The notes under the pieces: model-generated
Told to the model about the DNA's origin: nothing
Database searches by the model: none
The model's input: the letters and a program-made list of their open reading frames with translations, nothing else
Part shown: in pieces, positions 46,214 to 55,798 of the stretch
Layout of the letters: the number at the start of each line of letters is the position of its first letter
How positions within the stretch are numbered: the stretch's first letter is position 1
Program-made: the position numbers and the translations under genes
Assembly: GCA_965228895.1 (NCBI GenBank)
Contig: OZ245842.1
Location: 1 to 64,000, forward strand
DNA: 64,000 bases
Direction of reading: 5' to 3'
Source: Alphaproteobacteria bacterium
GTDB lineage: Bacteria; Pseudomonadota; Alphaproteobacteria; SP197

Positions 46214-47566
46214 ATGACCAACAACCCTTTTGCCGGCTGCCGCCATGCTGACGATGTGGCGGCAGCCCTGGAGGCAAACGGCATTCGCGCCGTCCATATC
46301 GGAATCTTTGACGTCGACGCGCGCTTCCGCGTCAAGCGTGTGGACACCGCGAAGTTCCTGAAGCTGCTTAGATCGGGTTACGAGTTCTGCAAGGTGCTCT
46401 ATCAGTGGGACACCGCGGAACTGCCCTATGGCCAGGGTTCGTGGGCCGACGTGCCGGCGCCGATCGATCCGGCGAGTGGCCGGCTGTTTCCGTTCGCCGA
46501 CGGCGAGGCGGTGTTCGTTGCCGAGTTCACCGAAGAGATTGGCGAGCTGGCGCCGCGTAATCTTCTCCGGCGCCAGCTTGATCGCGCCGCGGACATGGGT
46601 TTCTCGGTCAAGGCCGGCTTCGAATACGAGTACTTCATCCTCGACGAAACGCCGGCCAGCGTGCGCGAGAAAGGTTACCGCGACCTCACGTCCTGGCAGC
46701 CGGGCAACAGCACCTATTCGCTGGTGCCCTCGATCGAGACCGACTTTGTCGCCGGCCTGGAAGCGGTTATGGCCGATCTCGACGTGCATTTCGATGCCTT
46801 CCATACCGAACAGGGCCCGGGTTGTCTGGAAACGGCGCTGAAGGCCGGCGAAGGCATGCGTGCGGCCGATGCGGCGGCGTTCTTCAAGGCCTACACCAAG
46901 GCTTACTGTCAGCGCCAAGGCCTGATGGCGACGTTCATGGCCAAGTGGTCGAACGCGACGAACGGCCAGTCCGGCCACATGCACATTTCGATGCAGGATG
47001 AGGCCGGCGCGCCCGTCTTCCACGATGCCGACGAGCCGGAGGGGCTGAGCCAGACCATGCGTCATTTTGTCGGCGGGCTGGTGCGTTTGCTGCCCGAGAC
47101 GCTGGCCATGTGCAGCCACACGGTCAACGCCTATCGGCGCATGATACCCGGCATCTGGGCACCGCTGACGGCGACATGGGGCGTACAGAACCGCACCTGC
47201 GCCTTTCGCATTATCAATCCGGAACCGGACGCGACGCGTGTCGAGTTCCGTGTGCCCGCCGCTGACGCCAACCCGCATCTGACGCTCACCCAGTGTCTGG
47301 GCGCCGGTCTATGGGGTATCGAAAACCGCATCGAACCGCCGCCGCCGACCGATGATGAGGCAACGGTCGACGATGCGCCCGCTGACCAGCGGTTGCCGCG
47401 CAACCTGTTGGAAGCAGCCGAACGGTTGGACCAATCGGCAACCGCGCGCGAGGTCTTTGGCGACGCCTTTGTCACCAATTTCGCGCGCACGCGGCGATGG
47501 GAAGACGATGTCTTCCGCCGCCATGTCAGCGACCTCGATACCGCCCGCTATCTCGACGTCTTTTAG
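46214..47566 (+). CDS. Glutamine synthetase-like protein (gamma-glutamyl-amine ligase type)
   Basis: GFEYE, HTE.GPG.LE, ATFMAK, GQSGHMH.S, NAYRR, NRT, RVEFR.P.ADANP. Confidence 0.9.
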   Translation: MTNNPFAGCRHADDVAAALEANGIRAVHIGIFDVDARFRVKRVDTAKFLKLLRSGYEFCKVLYQWDTAELPYGQGSWADVPAPIDPASGRLFPFADGEAVFVAEFTEEIGELAPRNLLRRQLDRAADMGFSVKAGFEYEYFILDETPASVREKGYRDLTSWQPGNSTYSLVPSIETDFVAGLEAVMADLDVHFDAFHTEQGPGCLETALKAGEGMRAADAAAFFKAYTKAYCQRQGLMATFMAKWSNATNGQSGHMHISMQDEAGAPVFHDADEPEGLSQTMRHFVGGLVRLLPETLAMCSHTVNAYRRMIPGIWAPLTATWGVQNRTCAFRIINPEPDATRVEFRVPAADANPHLTLTQCLGAGLWGIENRIEPPPPTDDEATVDDAPADQRLPRNLLEAAERLDQSATAREVFGDAFVTNFARTRRWEDDVFRRHVSDLDTARYLDVF

Positions 47567-47586
47567 ACGACCGAAAGAAAACGCGC

Positions 47587-48810
47587 TCAGCCGTTGTTGA
47601 CGGTGAAGAGCTCTTGGTCCGTGTCGACGCCGCGCAAGTGATGACGGCCGACGCTTTTGAGCGACCGGCCGCAGCGCTCGCTGGCCAACGCAAAACTGGG
47701 CGAGGTGAGCAGCGCGTAACCCAGTTTGTCGCACAGACCTTCGATGCGGCTTGCCTCGTTCACCGCAGGCCCGATCACCGTGAAGTCCAGCCGGTCGACC
47801 GTGCCGACATTGCCGTAGAGCACATCGCCCAGATGCAGCGCGACATCCAGCATCATCGGCTTGCCCGTGTCCGGTTCCTCTATCGATGCCACCGCGGTGA
47901 TTGCCTCATCGGCCGCATCCAGTGCGCCCTGGCAAAGGTCGTCGTCATTGCGACCCTGGCGATCGAAGACGGCGAGCACGCCGTCGCCCATGAACTTCAA
48001 GACCTCGCCGCCGCGCCGTGTAACCGGCTCGACCATGGCATCGAAGCAGGCATTCAGAAGGCTTGCGACCGCCTCCGTCGGCAAACGATCGGACAAGGTC
48101 GTGAAGCCGCGCAGATCGGCAAACAGGATTGCCGCGGGAATGGTGCGAAACGTGCCGCGACGGAACGCGCCGTCAAGTATGCGCTGTCCGGCGTCGTGGC
48201 CGACATAGGTCTCCAAGAGGTTCATTGATATCTGATGGCCGAGCGTGGATTTGACCGCGAGCGCCAGGCGCGGCATCAGGCGTTCCAATATCTCGACTTC
48301 GCTATCGAGAAAGCCGCCATCGCGATCGGTCAACCACGTCGACACCATGCCGCTTCGATAATCGAATTCACTGCCGCGTCCGAAACCGATCAACCGCGCC
48401 AAATACTCGGTCGCACCGAGGTCACGAAACTCCTCGAACAAGGGAAAGGCGAGCCCATCATTGCCTTGATCAAGGCGCGTGCGCTGGGTGCGCTGGTCGT
48501 TGTTTTCGACCAGGCTGCGTATCGGGCTTTTCTGCCAGCCATCAAGATTTTGATCGGCAAACGCGTTGGCGTTGACGTCGATGCCGCTGTCGCGACGCCA
48601 GATATGGGTGACCGAGTCGATGACCGGGTGCATCGTGCGTGTCGAGACATTGGCGCGTAGCAGCCGAAAGCCGATGCGATCGTTCAACTGCTCGCAAACG
48701 CCCGCCAGCATAGTGCCAATGGGCATCTGCTTCAGGCCACAATCGATCAGCCAGTCGCTGACCGGTTGAAGACGCGGGTCGGCAAAAGCCGGGTACTCGG
48801 GCGGCGGCAC
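47587..48810 (-). CDS. Class III adenylate/guanylate cyclase with N-terminal sensory (GAF-like) region
   Basis: ADLRGFT, KFMGDG, DFTVIGPAVNEASR (catalytic set present, ATP-type Lys). Confidence 0.9.
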   Translation of the reverse strand: MPPPEYPAFADPRLQPVSDWLIDCGLKQMPIGTMLAGVCEQLNDRIGFRLLRANVSTRTMHPVIDSVTHIWRRDSGIDVNANAFADQNLDGWQKSPIRSLVENNDQRTQRTRLDQGNDGLAFPLFEEFRDLGATEYLARLIGFGRGSEFDYRSGMVSTWLTDRDGGFLDSEVEILERLMPRLALAVKSTLGHQISMNLLETYVGHDAGQRILDGAFRRGTFRTIPAAILFADLRGFTTLSDRLPTEAVASLLNACFDAMVEPVTRRGGEVLKFMGDGVLAVFDRQGRNDDDLCQGALDAADEAITAVASIEEPDTGKPMMLDVALHLGDVLYGNVGTVDRLDFTVIGPAVNEASRIEGLCDKLGYALLTSPSFALASERCGRSLKSVGRHHLRGVDTDQELFTVNNG

Positions 48811-48824
48811 GGATGCCGACAGCG

Positions 48825-49346
48825 TCAGATCACTTCGATGCTGGTCGCCAGCGGGCCACGATCGCCCATTCTCGACTCGACCCTTACACGCTGACGCGGC
48901 TGCAGCATTGGAATGCCCGCATGCTCCAAGACGCGCGCGGAAACGAACACATCACGGCTACCGTCGTCTGGCGTAATGAATCCGAAACCCTTCTGCATGT
49001 CGAAGAACTTCACCATGCCTTCGACCGTCGTTGCCGGCCCAAAGTCCTGTGGTTCGTGACGCCGAGGCGGCGGCGCCTGATCCTCCGTCGCGGTCGATAA
49101 ATCGATGCTGTAGATCTCGGCCACTTGCAGGCCGCGCTGGCCCTCGGTCACTTCGCAAACCACGGTCGCACCGTTCGGCAGGGAACGCTCACCCAGTCGC
49201 TCGACAACAGAGATATGCAGAAACGCATCGGATGTGCCGTCCGACAACTGCACAAATCCAAAACCCTTGGTTGGATTAAACCACTTGACGGTCGCCGATA
49301 CGCCGGCCTGGCCGCCACCGTACCGGCCCTCTAACTCATCTGACAT
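48825..49346 (-). CDS. Cold-shock protein with two CSD domains
   Basis: VKWFN..KGFGF..DAFLH and VKFFD..KGFGF..DVFV; AAGGAG RBS. Confidence 0.93.
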   Translation of the reverse strand: MSDELEGRYGGGQAGVSATVKWFNPTKGFGFVQLSDGTSDAFLHISVVERLGERSLPNGATVVCEVTEGQRGLQVAEIYSIDLSTATEDQAPPPRRHEPQDFGPATTVEGMVKFFDMQKGFGFITPDDGSRDVFVSARVLEHAGIPMLQPRQRVRVESRMGDRGPLATSIEVI

Positions 49347-49683
49347 CAGCTCACAGCTCCTTCCATCCCCTCGGGAAATCGCTGCAACGAAATGGTCGCC
49401 GAGGAGACGGCTCTCTTACAACGATATCCCCGCACGAACTCGCGCGGCGGCGATCGGTTCGTGACGAAGATCAAGAGCGGCATCTGGCCATTCGAACTCT
49501 TTTTGCCACCCTGACATAAGTATCCTGCACGAATTCTGCGCCCGGCGGCAAACGGATTCGCCACAGGAAAACCGGCGCTAAAATTGGGTCAGTGCGGCTG
49601 TGGCGTTTGCGCCCGGAGCGTCTAAACTGCTGCACCGCATATTAAAACCGCGCCTTGAGGCGCGTGAGTCGAAAGGGGAATCG

Positions 49684-50616
49684 ATGAAACACACGATCCA
49701 TAGTCACCATAGTCATTTCGGCTGGGACAACAGCAATGCGCCGGTTTTGACCATTGCGCCGGGTGATGAGGTCGCGTTTGACACGGTCGATTCTTCCGGC
49801 GGTCAGTTGTCGCCCGACTCCACTGTCGACGACATCGCGGCGCTCGATTTCGGCAAGATCAATCCGGTGACCGGTCCGGTGATCATCGATGGCGCCGAAC
49901 CGGGCGATGCTCTCAAGATTACGTTACTGGATTTCACACCGTCGGGATGGGGTTGGACGGCGCTGATTCCAGGCTTCGGATTGTTGGCCGATCAGTTCGA
50001 AGAACCGGCGCTGCATATTTGGACGTACGAAGCCGATAGCCTGAAGCCCGCCGCCTATGGCCCGGGCGGACGGGTGCCGCTGAAACCGTTCGCCGGCACG
50101 ATCGGTTTGGCGCCTGCCGAAGCCGGTCTGCACAGCATCGTGCCGCCGCGCCGCATGGGCGGCAACATGGATATCCGCGACATGTGCGTGGGCACCGAAC
50201 TCTATCTGCCGGTCGAGGTTGTCGGCGCCATGTTCTCGATCGGCGATACGCATGCCGCGCAAGGTGACGGCGAGGTGTGTGGTACCGCGATCGAAAGCCA
50301 GATGGCCGTCGCCTGCAAGTTCGAGCTGGAGAAAGGCGCCAACCTCGCGTTCCCGCGCTACACCACCGCCGGACCGGTCAGCCGCCATTTCGACGAAAAG
50401 GGTTACGAGGTGACAACCGGTGTCGGGCCCGACTTGATGCAAGGCGCCAAGGACGCGGTTGCCGGCATGATCGACCTGTTGACCGCACGTCACGGCATGG
50501 CGCCGGAAGAAGCCTACATGCTGGCCAGCGTGTGCGGTGACTTACGCATCAGCGAAATCGTCGACATGCCCAACTGGCTTGTGTCGTTCTATTTCCCGCG
50601 TGTCGTGCTGGACTAG
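49684..50616 (+). CDS. Acetamidase/formamidase family protein
   Basis: NPVTGP...GAEPGD, GGNMD, GDTHA.QGDGEVCGTAIE, EAYML.S. Confidence 0.93.
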   Translation: MKHTIHSHHSHFGWDNSNAPVLTIAPGDEVAFDTVDSSGGQLSPDSTVDDIAALDFGKINPVTGPVIIDGAEPGDALKITLLDFTPSGWGWTALIPGFGLLADQFEEPALHIWTYEADSLKPAAYGPGGRVPLKPFAGTIGLAPAEAGLHSIVPPRRMGGNMDIRDMCVGTELYLPVEVVGAMFSIGDTHAAQGDGEVCGTAIESQMAVACKFELEKGANLAFPRYTTAGPVSRHFDEKGYEVTTGVGPDLMQGAKDAVAGMIDLLTARHGMAPEEAYMLASVCGDLRISEIVDMPNWLVSFYFPRVVLD

Positions 50617-50766
50617 GATCGAGGACCGACAAACTCTCGGTACCAATCGGCGATAGCCGTTCCTATCGCATCAGGACTGATCTTCTTGAACAAAGTGGCT
50701 GCCGGTCACTGTGACCTCGTGCTGATTTGGCCAGGTGCGGCAGAACGTCCGCTGGCGCCCGGTTGT

Positions 50767-51900
50767 CTAGGCGGCGCTCTCGCGCATGATGGCCGCGGCC
50801 GATGGTGCGGAACCTGGTTTGTCGGGTGTGTAGCCGGCGGCCGGGTCGTGCCGTGTGCGCCATGCCTGGCTGTCCTGGACGAAGGACGGCGCTTGAAGCA
50901 GCACATGATCGCGCCGCCGCTCGACTGCATCGGGGTCGATGGTTGCGGTCGCCAGCAACCTGCCGAAACTGGCGATCGCCTTCAGCTTACTGCTCAGGCT
51001 CCGCATCGCTTCGGGACGCGACGCAACGATACGGCGCGTGATGGCTTCGAAGTCCTCGGCTTCGCGGCCCGTCAGATCCTGCACCACGGTGCTGGGCGCA
51101 TGGACGGCAAAAGCGCCGCGCCGGTACTCCTCGGCATAGAGGCGCAGCTGTGTCGGCATTGCCTCCGGGAATCCCTGCACCTTCAACGCCTTCAGCAGCA
51201 TGGAGTCGGGGATGTCGCGATACCTGACCGTCCGATCCAGAACTTTGCCCATAACGGCGGCTATCTCGTTGGGCGACAGAAGTGTCGGGCCGGTCGGGCG
51301 ATAGGTCTTGCCGGCGTGGGTCGCCGGGTCGACGAGTGCGGCAACCGACACGGCTGCGATATCGTCATTGGACGGCGGCGCGTTTTTCTTTTCGTCACCG
51401 TTACCAAGCGGCATGGGCAAAACGCCCAATTGCGCGATCGCCTGCAGGGGCATGAAGTAGTTGTCGGCGAACCAACCGACGTTGTTGATTGTCAGGGAGG
51501 TGTCCGGCAACAGCTTGAGGATTTCCTCGTTGAACCAAACTTCGCGCGTCATCATCGACGGGTGGTCGGCGTCGGAGAGCCACTGGCCGAGCATGACAAT
51601 GTGCTCAAGCCGGGCTTCATGAGCGGCGATCGCAAAGACAGTTCCGAAATGAAGACCGTTCGGTGCTGTCGGGGCACAGTGATAGGCGCGTTGCACACCA
51701 CGCATCGCCCACCGCATGTCGGCGAGCGAAAACTGGTCGCCGACGACGACATCGGCGCCGGCAGCGCGCAGCAGACTGGCGCGATGGTCGTCGCGACGGA
51801 CTAACGCGCGGACCGGATAACCTTTCTCCAAGAGCTGGTATGTCGTTGGAAGCCCGGTCTTGCCGGCCGCGCTGGTCACCAGGATCGTCGGTTTCACCAT
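50767..51900 (-). CDS. NmrA-like NAD(P)H-binding protein (atypical SDR)
   Basis: ILVTSAAGKTG, VRALVR, DIAAV, GKTY..TGP; GGAG RBS. Confidence 0.85.
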   Translation of the reverse strand: MVKPTILVTSAAGKTGLPTTYQLLEKGYPVRALVRRDDHRASLLRAAGADVVVGDQFSLADMRWAMRGVQRAYHCAPTAPNGLHFGTVFAIAAHEARLEHIVMLGQWLSDADHPSMMTREVWFNEEILKLLPDTSLTINNVGWFADNYFMPLQAIAQLGVLPMPLGNGDEKKNAPPSNDDIAAVSVAALVDPATHAGKTYRPTGPTLLSPNEIAAVMGKVLDRTVRYRDIPDSMLLKALKVQGFPEAMPTQLRLYAEEYRRGAFAVHAPSTVVQDLTGREAEDFEAITRRIVASRPEAMRSLSSKLKAIASFGRLLATATIDPDAVERRRDHVLLQAPSFVQDSQAWRTRHDPAAGYTPDKPGSAPSAAAIMRESAA

Positions 51901-51917
51901 GATGAATCTCCATTCAT

Positions 51918-51937
51918 GTATCTGTATATGCAGGTAA
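51918..51937. promoter_or_regulatory. Imperfect palindrome, candidate MarR operator
   Basis: GTATCTGTATATGCAGGTAA, 17/20 match to the perfect palindrome at 52426. Confidence 0.65.
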
Positions 51938-51950
51938 TTAGCGAAATGAG

Positions 51951-52409
51951 CTAATCTGTTCCGTCCAAAGCTTGTTCGATTGTCCGCAGCTGCTGCGCCA
52001 TGTCCCGCCAGTGGTCTTTCCCAAGGGCGTCGACAACACTTCGTTGCGCCTTGGACCACAGGGGGACCGCTTTGTCGTAGGCCCGTTTGCCGGCGCCGGT
52101 CAGGCGAACATTTCTGACCCGCGCATCATCGTTGGCGATGTTTTCGACGAGACCCCGGCGGACCAGGACCTCCAGGTTGCGCGTCAGGGTGGTGCCATCG
52201 ATCGCCAGCTCCTCGGAGAGGTCACCTATGTTGGTCTCGCCCAGCCAATCGAGCGCGCCCAACAGGGTAAACTGCGTGTTGCGAAGGCCACTGGGCTTTA
52301 GGGCGTCGTCATAGGCACGCGCCGCGACACGGGCCGCACGGCGCAGCCGGTAGCTGACACAATCTATGGGCTGAAGCCCGTCGAGGGACGCAAGTCGGGT
52401 GGCTGTCAT
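51951..52409 (-). CDS. MarR family transcriptional regulator
   Basis: C....LRRAAR...YD..L...GL..TQF, D.TTLTRNL..L, DARVR.V.LT. Confidence 0.92.
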   Translation of the reverse strand: MTATRLASLDGLQPIDCVSYRLRRAARVAARAYDDALKPSGLRNTQFTLLGALDWLGETNIGDLSEELAIDGTTLTRNLEVLVRRGLVENIANDDARVRNVRLTGAGKRAYDKAVPLWSKAQRSVVDALGKDHWRDMAQQLRTIEQALDGTD

Positions 52410-52425
52410 CGCACGATGTCCGAAT

Positions 52426-52445
52426 TTACCTGTATATACAGGTAA
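52426..52445. promoter_or_regulatory. Perfect 20-bp palindrome, candidate MarR autoregulatory operator
   Basis: TTACCTGTATATACAGGTAA just upstream of the marR start. Confidence 0.7.
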
Positions 52446-52485
52446 TGATCCATCAAGAGGATGTCAAGACTGCCGCACAAGCAAT

Positions 52486-54024
52486 TCAGTCGGCGGCCCC
52501 GCCTTCTTCCTTGCGCTCGGCGATGAAGGCGTCGAGTTCCTCGAGGACGGCCGGGTCGAGCGGCGGCTCTTCGTATTCAGCGAGGAGCTGTTTCCAGATC
52601 TGGTGGGCGCGGGTCTGGGCGTCCGGCGAACCGGCTTCGCGCCAGCTCTCATAGTTGCGCCAGTCCGACAGGATGGGATTGTAGAACGCGGTCTCGTAGC
52701 GATCGAGCGTGTGCTGGGTGCCGAAGAAATGACCGCCGGGCCCGACATCGCGCATCGCCTCGATGCCGATGGTGTCGTCAGAGATCTCGATCGGGTTCAG
52801 CATCTCCGCCATGCCCTGAATCATCTCCGCATCCAGGATCAGTTTTTCGAAACTCGCCACCAGCCCGCCTTCGAGCCAGCCCGCACCCTGATAGAGCAGG
52901 TTCGCCTGGCCGGTGACCGCCGCCCATAACGACATCTCCGACTCATAGGCCGCCTGCGCATCCACCGTGTTAGACGCGTTGACGTTGGACGTGCGGTAGG
53001 GAATGGCGTAGCGGCGCGCGAGCTGGCAGCCGGCCAGGACCGCCTTGGCGTATTCCGGCGTGCCGAAGGCCGGCGCGCCCGACTTCATGTCGACGTTCGA
53101 CGTAAAGCCGCCATAGATCACCGGCGTGCCCGGCCGGATGCACTGGGCGATGGTCATGACGCCGAGCGCTTCGGCGTTTTGCTGGGCAAGCGCGCCGGCG
53201 ATGGTCGCCGGGCTCATGGCGCCGGCGAGCGTGAACGGCGTGATCGTCACCGGCTGGCCGCAGCGGACATAAGCCGTCATGCCCTCGGCCATCGGGATAT
53301 CGAACCTGAGCGGCGAGTTGGTGTTGATGATCGTGATTGCCGCCGGTTTTTCGGCCAGCGTCTCGCGATCGCATTGCAGCGCGATGCAGGTCGCCTCGAT
53401 GGCGTCTTCGGCGCGCTCGGCACCAAGCGCATAACCCTGCCACGTCTTGTCGGTCAGCGTGATCATGGCGCGGTACATGTCCAGGTGGCGTGTCGCCGCC
53501 GGCAGATCCTGCGGCTCGACTGCGCCGCCGCCGTCCTGGTGCACGATGTTCAGGCTCTGCAGGACACGGGTGAAGTTGCACATGTCCTCGAAGTTGCCGA
53601 TGCGCCGGCCGCCTTCCAGATCGCTGACATAGGGCGGTCCGCCGACGCCGGTGACGACCATGCGGTTGCCGCCCAGCGTCACGTTGTGGTCGGGGTTGCG
53701 CGCGTGCAGCGTGAACTCTGACGGCGCCAGTGCGATCTTTTCTTCGATCATGTCGCGGCTGAACTTGACGAGCTCGCTCGTGACGTCAGCGCCTTCGCGC
53801 GTCAGCATGTCGCGCGTCGGCGCGTGCAGCACCTCCATGCCGATCGATTCAAGAATGGTCAGCGAGGCCTGGTGCAGACGTTCGACCTGTTCGTCATGCA
53901 GGATATCGAACGGGCGATAGGGATTGACGATCTCACGCCATGGCAGTTGATGGATCGTGCCGGCCTTGCGTTCGGACCCGCCCGCGCCGCGCCGTCCGCG
54001 TCGTCCCGATCGTTCGCGTGCCAT
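52486..54024 (-). CDS. Trimethylamine methyltransferase (MttB) family protein, non-pyrrolysine
   Basis: NTNSPL, PFTLAGAMSP, DMKSGAPAFGTPE, DAQAAYES, AGWLEGGL, VGPGGHF; no internal TAG. Confidence 0.92.
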   Translation of the reverse strand: MARERSGRRGRRGAGGSERKAGTIHQLPWREIVNPYRPFDILHDEQVERLHQASLTILESIGMEVLHAPTRDMLTREGADVTSELVKFSRDMIEEKIALAPSEFTLHARNPDHNVTLGGNRMVVTGVGGPPYVSDLEGGRRIGNFEDMCNFTRVLQSLNIVHQDGGGAVEPQDLPAATRHLDMYRAMITLTDKTWQGYALGAERAEDAIEATCIALQCDRETLAEKPAAITIINTNSPLRFDIPMAEGMTAYVRCGQPVTITPFTLAGAMSPATIAGALAQQNAEALGVMTIAQCIRPGTPVIYGGFTSNVDMKSGAPAFGTPEYAKAVLAGCQLARRYAIPYRTSNVNASNTVDAQAAYESEMSLWAAVTGQANLLYQGAGWLEGGLVASFEKLILDAEMIQGMAEMLNPIEISDDTIGIEAMRDVGPGGHFFGTQHTLDRYETAFYNPILSDWRNYESWREAGSPDAQTRAHQIWKQLLAEYEEPPLDPAVLEELDAFIAERKEEGGAAD

Positions 54025-54237
54025 CGTCTAAGTTACTGAGAGTCTATTCATTGATCGAAGCTTTGATGCGACACATTACGATGTCGACGGCTGGAGTATC
54101 TCTCGATGCCGCCATTACCTCCCGTACGTTGCAGAATAGCTTGCGACGGTCTTGTCTGTCTCAAGGAAAGCTCGCTATGCCGTGGACGTCACGAATTCGT
54201 TGCTATTTTGATGGAAGAATCTGCTGATCGATCAAAA

Positions 54238-55566
54238 TTAACCCGTCGCCAGATAGAGCGGCCACTCGCCTGGGACACCCTTCAGACTTTGGGTGCCCGC
54301 CGGACGCATGTCGAACCCTGAACCGATCGTCAGGTCCTTGACGGTGCCGGATGTCAGGATTCCGCCGGGTGGCGCGTGCGAAAGAATTCGAGCGGCGATG
54401 TGAACGGCCAATCCGCCAAGGTCCGATCCTCGCCGCTCGCATTCGCCGGTGTGGATGCCGGCTCTGATCTGCATGTCCAAACCCGCCACATCTCTGTGAA
54501 TGGCGGCAGCGCATCGAATGGCACGTGACGGACCTGCAAAGGCGGTGATGAAACCATCACCTGTCGTGTTGATGGTCTGGCCGTCAAAATCGGACACCCG
54601 GCACCGTACAATCTCGTCGTGCTGATCCAACAAGGCTCGCCACTTGCTGTCGCCGATGGTCGCCGCGCGTTCGGTCGAGCCAACAATATCGGTCATCAAA
54701 ACGGTAAGGAGTACCCGGTCTGCCGAGCCGCCCTCGCGCTGTCCGGTCAAGAACTCCTCGATCTCGCCGACCATCAGATCTTGATCGCCGTACCACGGTA
54801 AGTGATCGGCGCCGGGTACTATCTTCAGCGTCGCATTCGGAATTCGGTCAGCGATGTACCGGGCTTCGTCGGCAGCGCTCCAGGCGTCCTTCTCCCGGTT
54901 GATGACCAGTGTCGGGCAACTGATCGTCGGCAAAACCGCGCGGATATCGGTCTGTCCGTTGAGGCGCGTGATCAATTCGGCGGTTTTTGGACTTGCCGCT
55001 GAGCGGAGATAGGCGCCCCACCAAGCCCTCGCCGCGTCGTTGTCGACCATACTGGGCGCGGCCTCGCTCAGATCCAAAGGCTTGCCCCAATTGTCGCGTA
55101 AGTGGGCGATGAATTGCTCCCGCTCCTCGTCATTGATTTGCCACGGATAATCCGGCGCCCAACCGCCGCGCGCAAACGTGCCGCTGAGAACAAGTCCTAG
55201 GGTACGTTCGGGATAGGTGGCGGCAAACAGCGCGGACATATGGCCGCCTTCGGAGACGCCGAAAATGGCCGCTTTGTCGGACTTCACAGCATCCAGAACC
55301 GCGACGATATCTTCGGTGCGTTGCTCGAGGGTCGGGAAACCGACATCTCTTTCAGAAAGCCCGGTGCCGCGCTTGTCGAAGAAGATCAACCTGCTGAAGC
55401 GGCCCAGCTTGGTCAGAAAGTCAGCGTAATGAGGGCTTTCCCAAGCATATTCGATGTTCGTCAACCAGCCTTGCGCATAAACCAGATCGATCGGACCGTC
55501 GCCAACGACCTGGTAGGCAATCGAGATATCACCAGCACTTGTGTATTGGGTTGCCGGTTTTGCCAT
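54238..55566 (-). CDS. Alpha/beta hydrolase-class III cyclase fusion (LipJ/Rv1900c-like)
   Basis: IAYQV.GDGP.D, FDKRGTGLS, GVSEGG, DH; then TDIVGST, TGDG, GIHTGE, GLAVHIAAR, LKGVPGEW. Confidence 0.9.
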   Translation of the reverse strand: MAKPATQYTSAGDISIAYQVVGDGPIDLVYAQGWLTNIEYAWESPHYADFLTKLGRFSRLIFFDKRGTGLSERDVGFPTLEQRTEDIVAVLDAVKSDKAAIFGVSEGGHMSALFAATYPERTLGLVLSGTFARGGWAPDYPWQINDEEREQFIAHLRDNWGKPLDLSEAAPSMVDNDAARAWWGAYLRSAASPKTAELITRLNGQTDIRAVLPTISCPTLVINREKDAWSAADEARYIADRIPNATLKIVPGADHLPWYGDQDLMVGEIEEFLTGQREGGSADRVLLTVLMTDIVGSTERAATIGDSKWRALLDQHDEIVRCRVSDFDGQTINTTGDGFITAFAGPSRAIRCAAAIHRDVAGLDMQIRAGIHTGECERRGSDLGGLAVHIAARILSHAPPGGILTSGTVKDLTIGSGFDMRPAGTQSLKGVPGEWPLYLATG

Positions 55567-55798
55567 TTCTCACTTTCCGACTTCAGCGAGACTGAGCTGA
55601 ACCATCGGGCTGGTAGCTTAAGTTTTGACAGAGTAAATCAGTCGGTTCAACAGCCCTCTGCGAGTTACAGGCTAATCCATCATACCAACGACCGTTCGGG
55701 GTGAGACAGCGACCTTGAGCTGACGGATACGAGCATTCGCTCCGGCATGGTGTTTGGCCACAAATAGGACGACGTCGGGATGCCACCGTCCGCCATGG

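Noticed and set aside
52426-52445. LexA/SOS box
   Set aside because: CTGT-N4-ACAG spacing does not fit the E. coli CTGT-N8-ACAG box, nor the alphaproteobacterial GTTC-N7-GTTC box; position favours MarR.
52486-54024. Pyrrolysine recoding in the MttB homolog
   Set aside because: No in-frame TAG and no pyl genes in the window.
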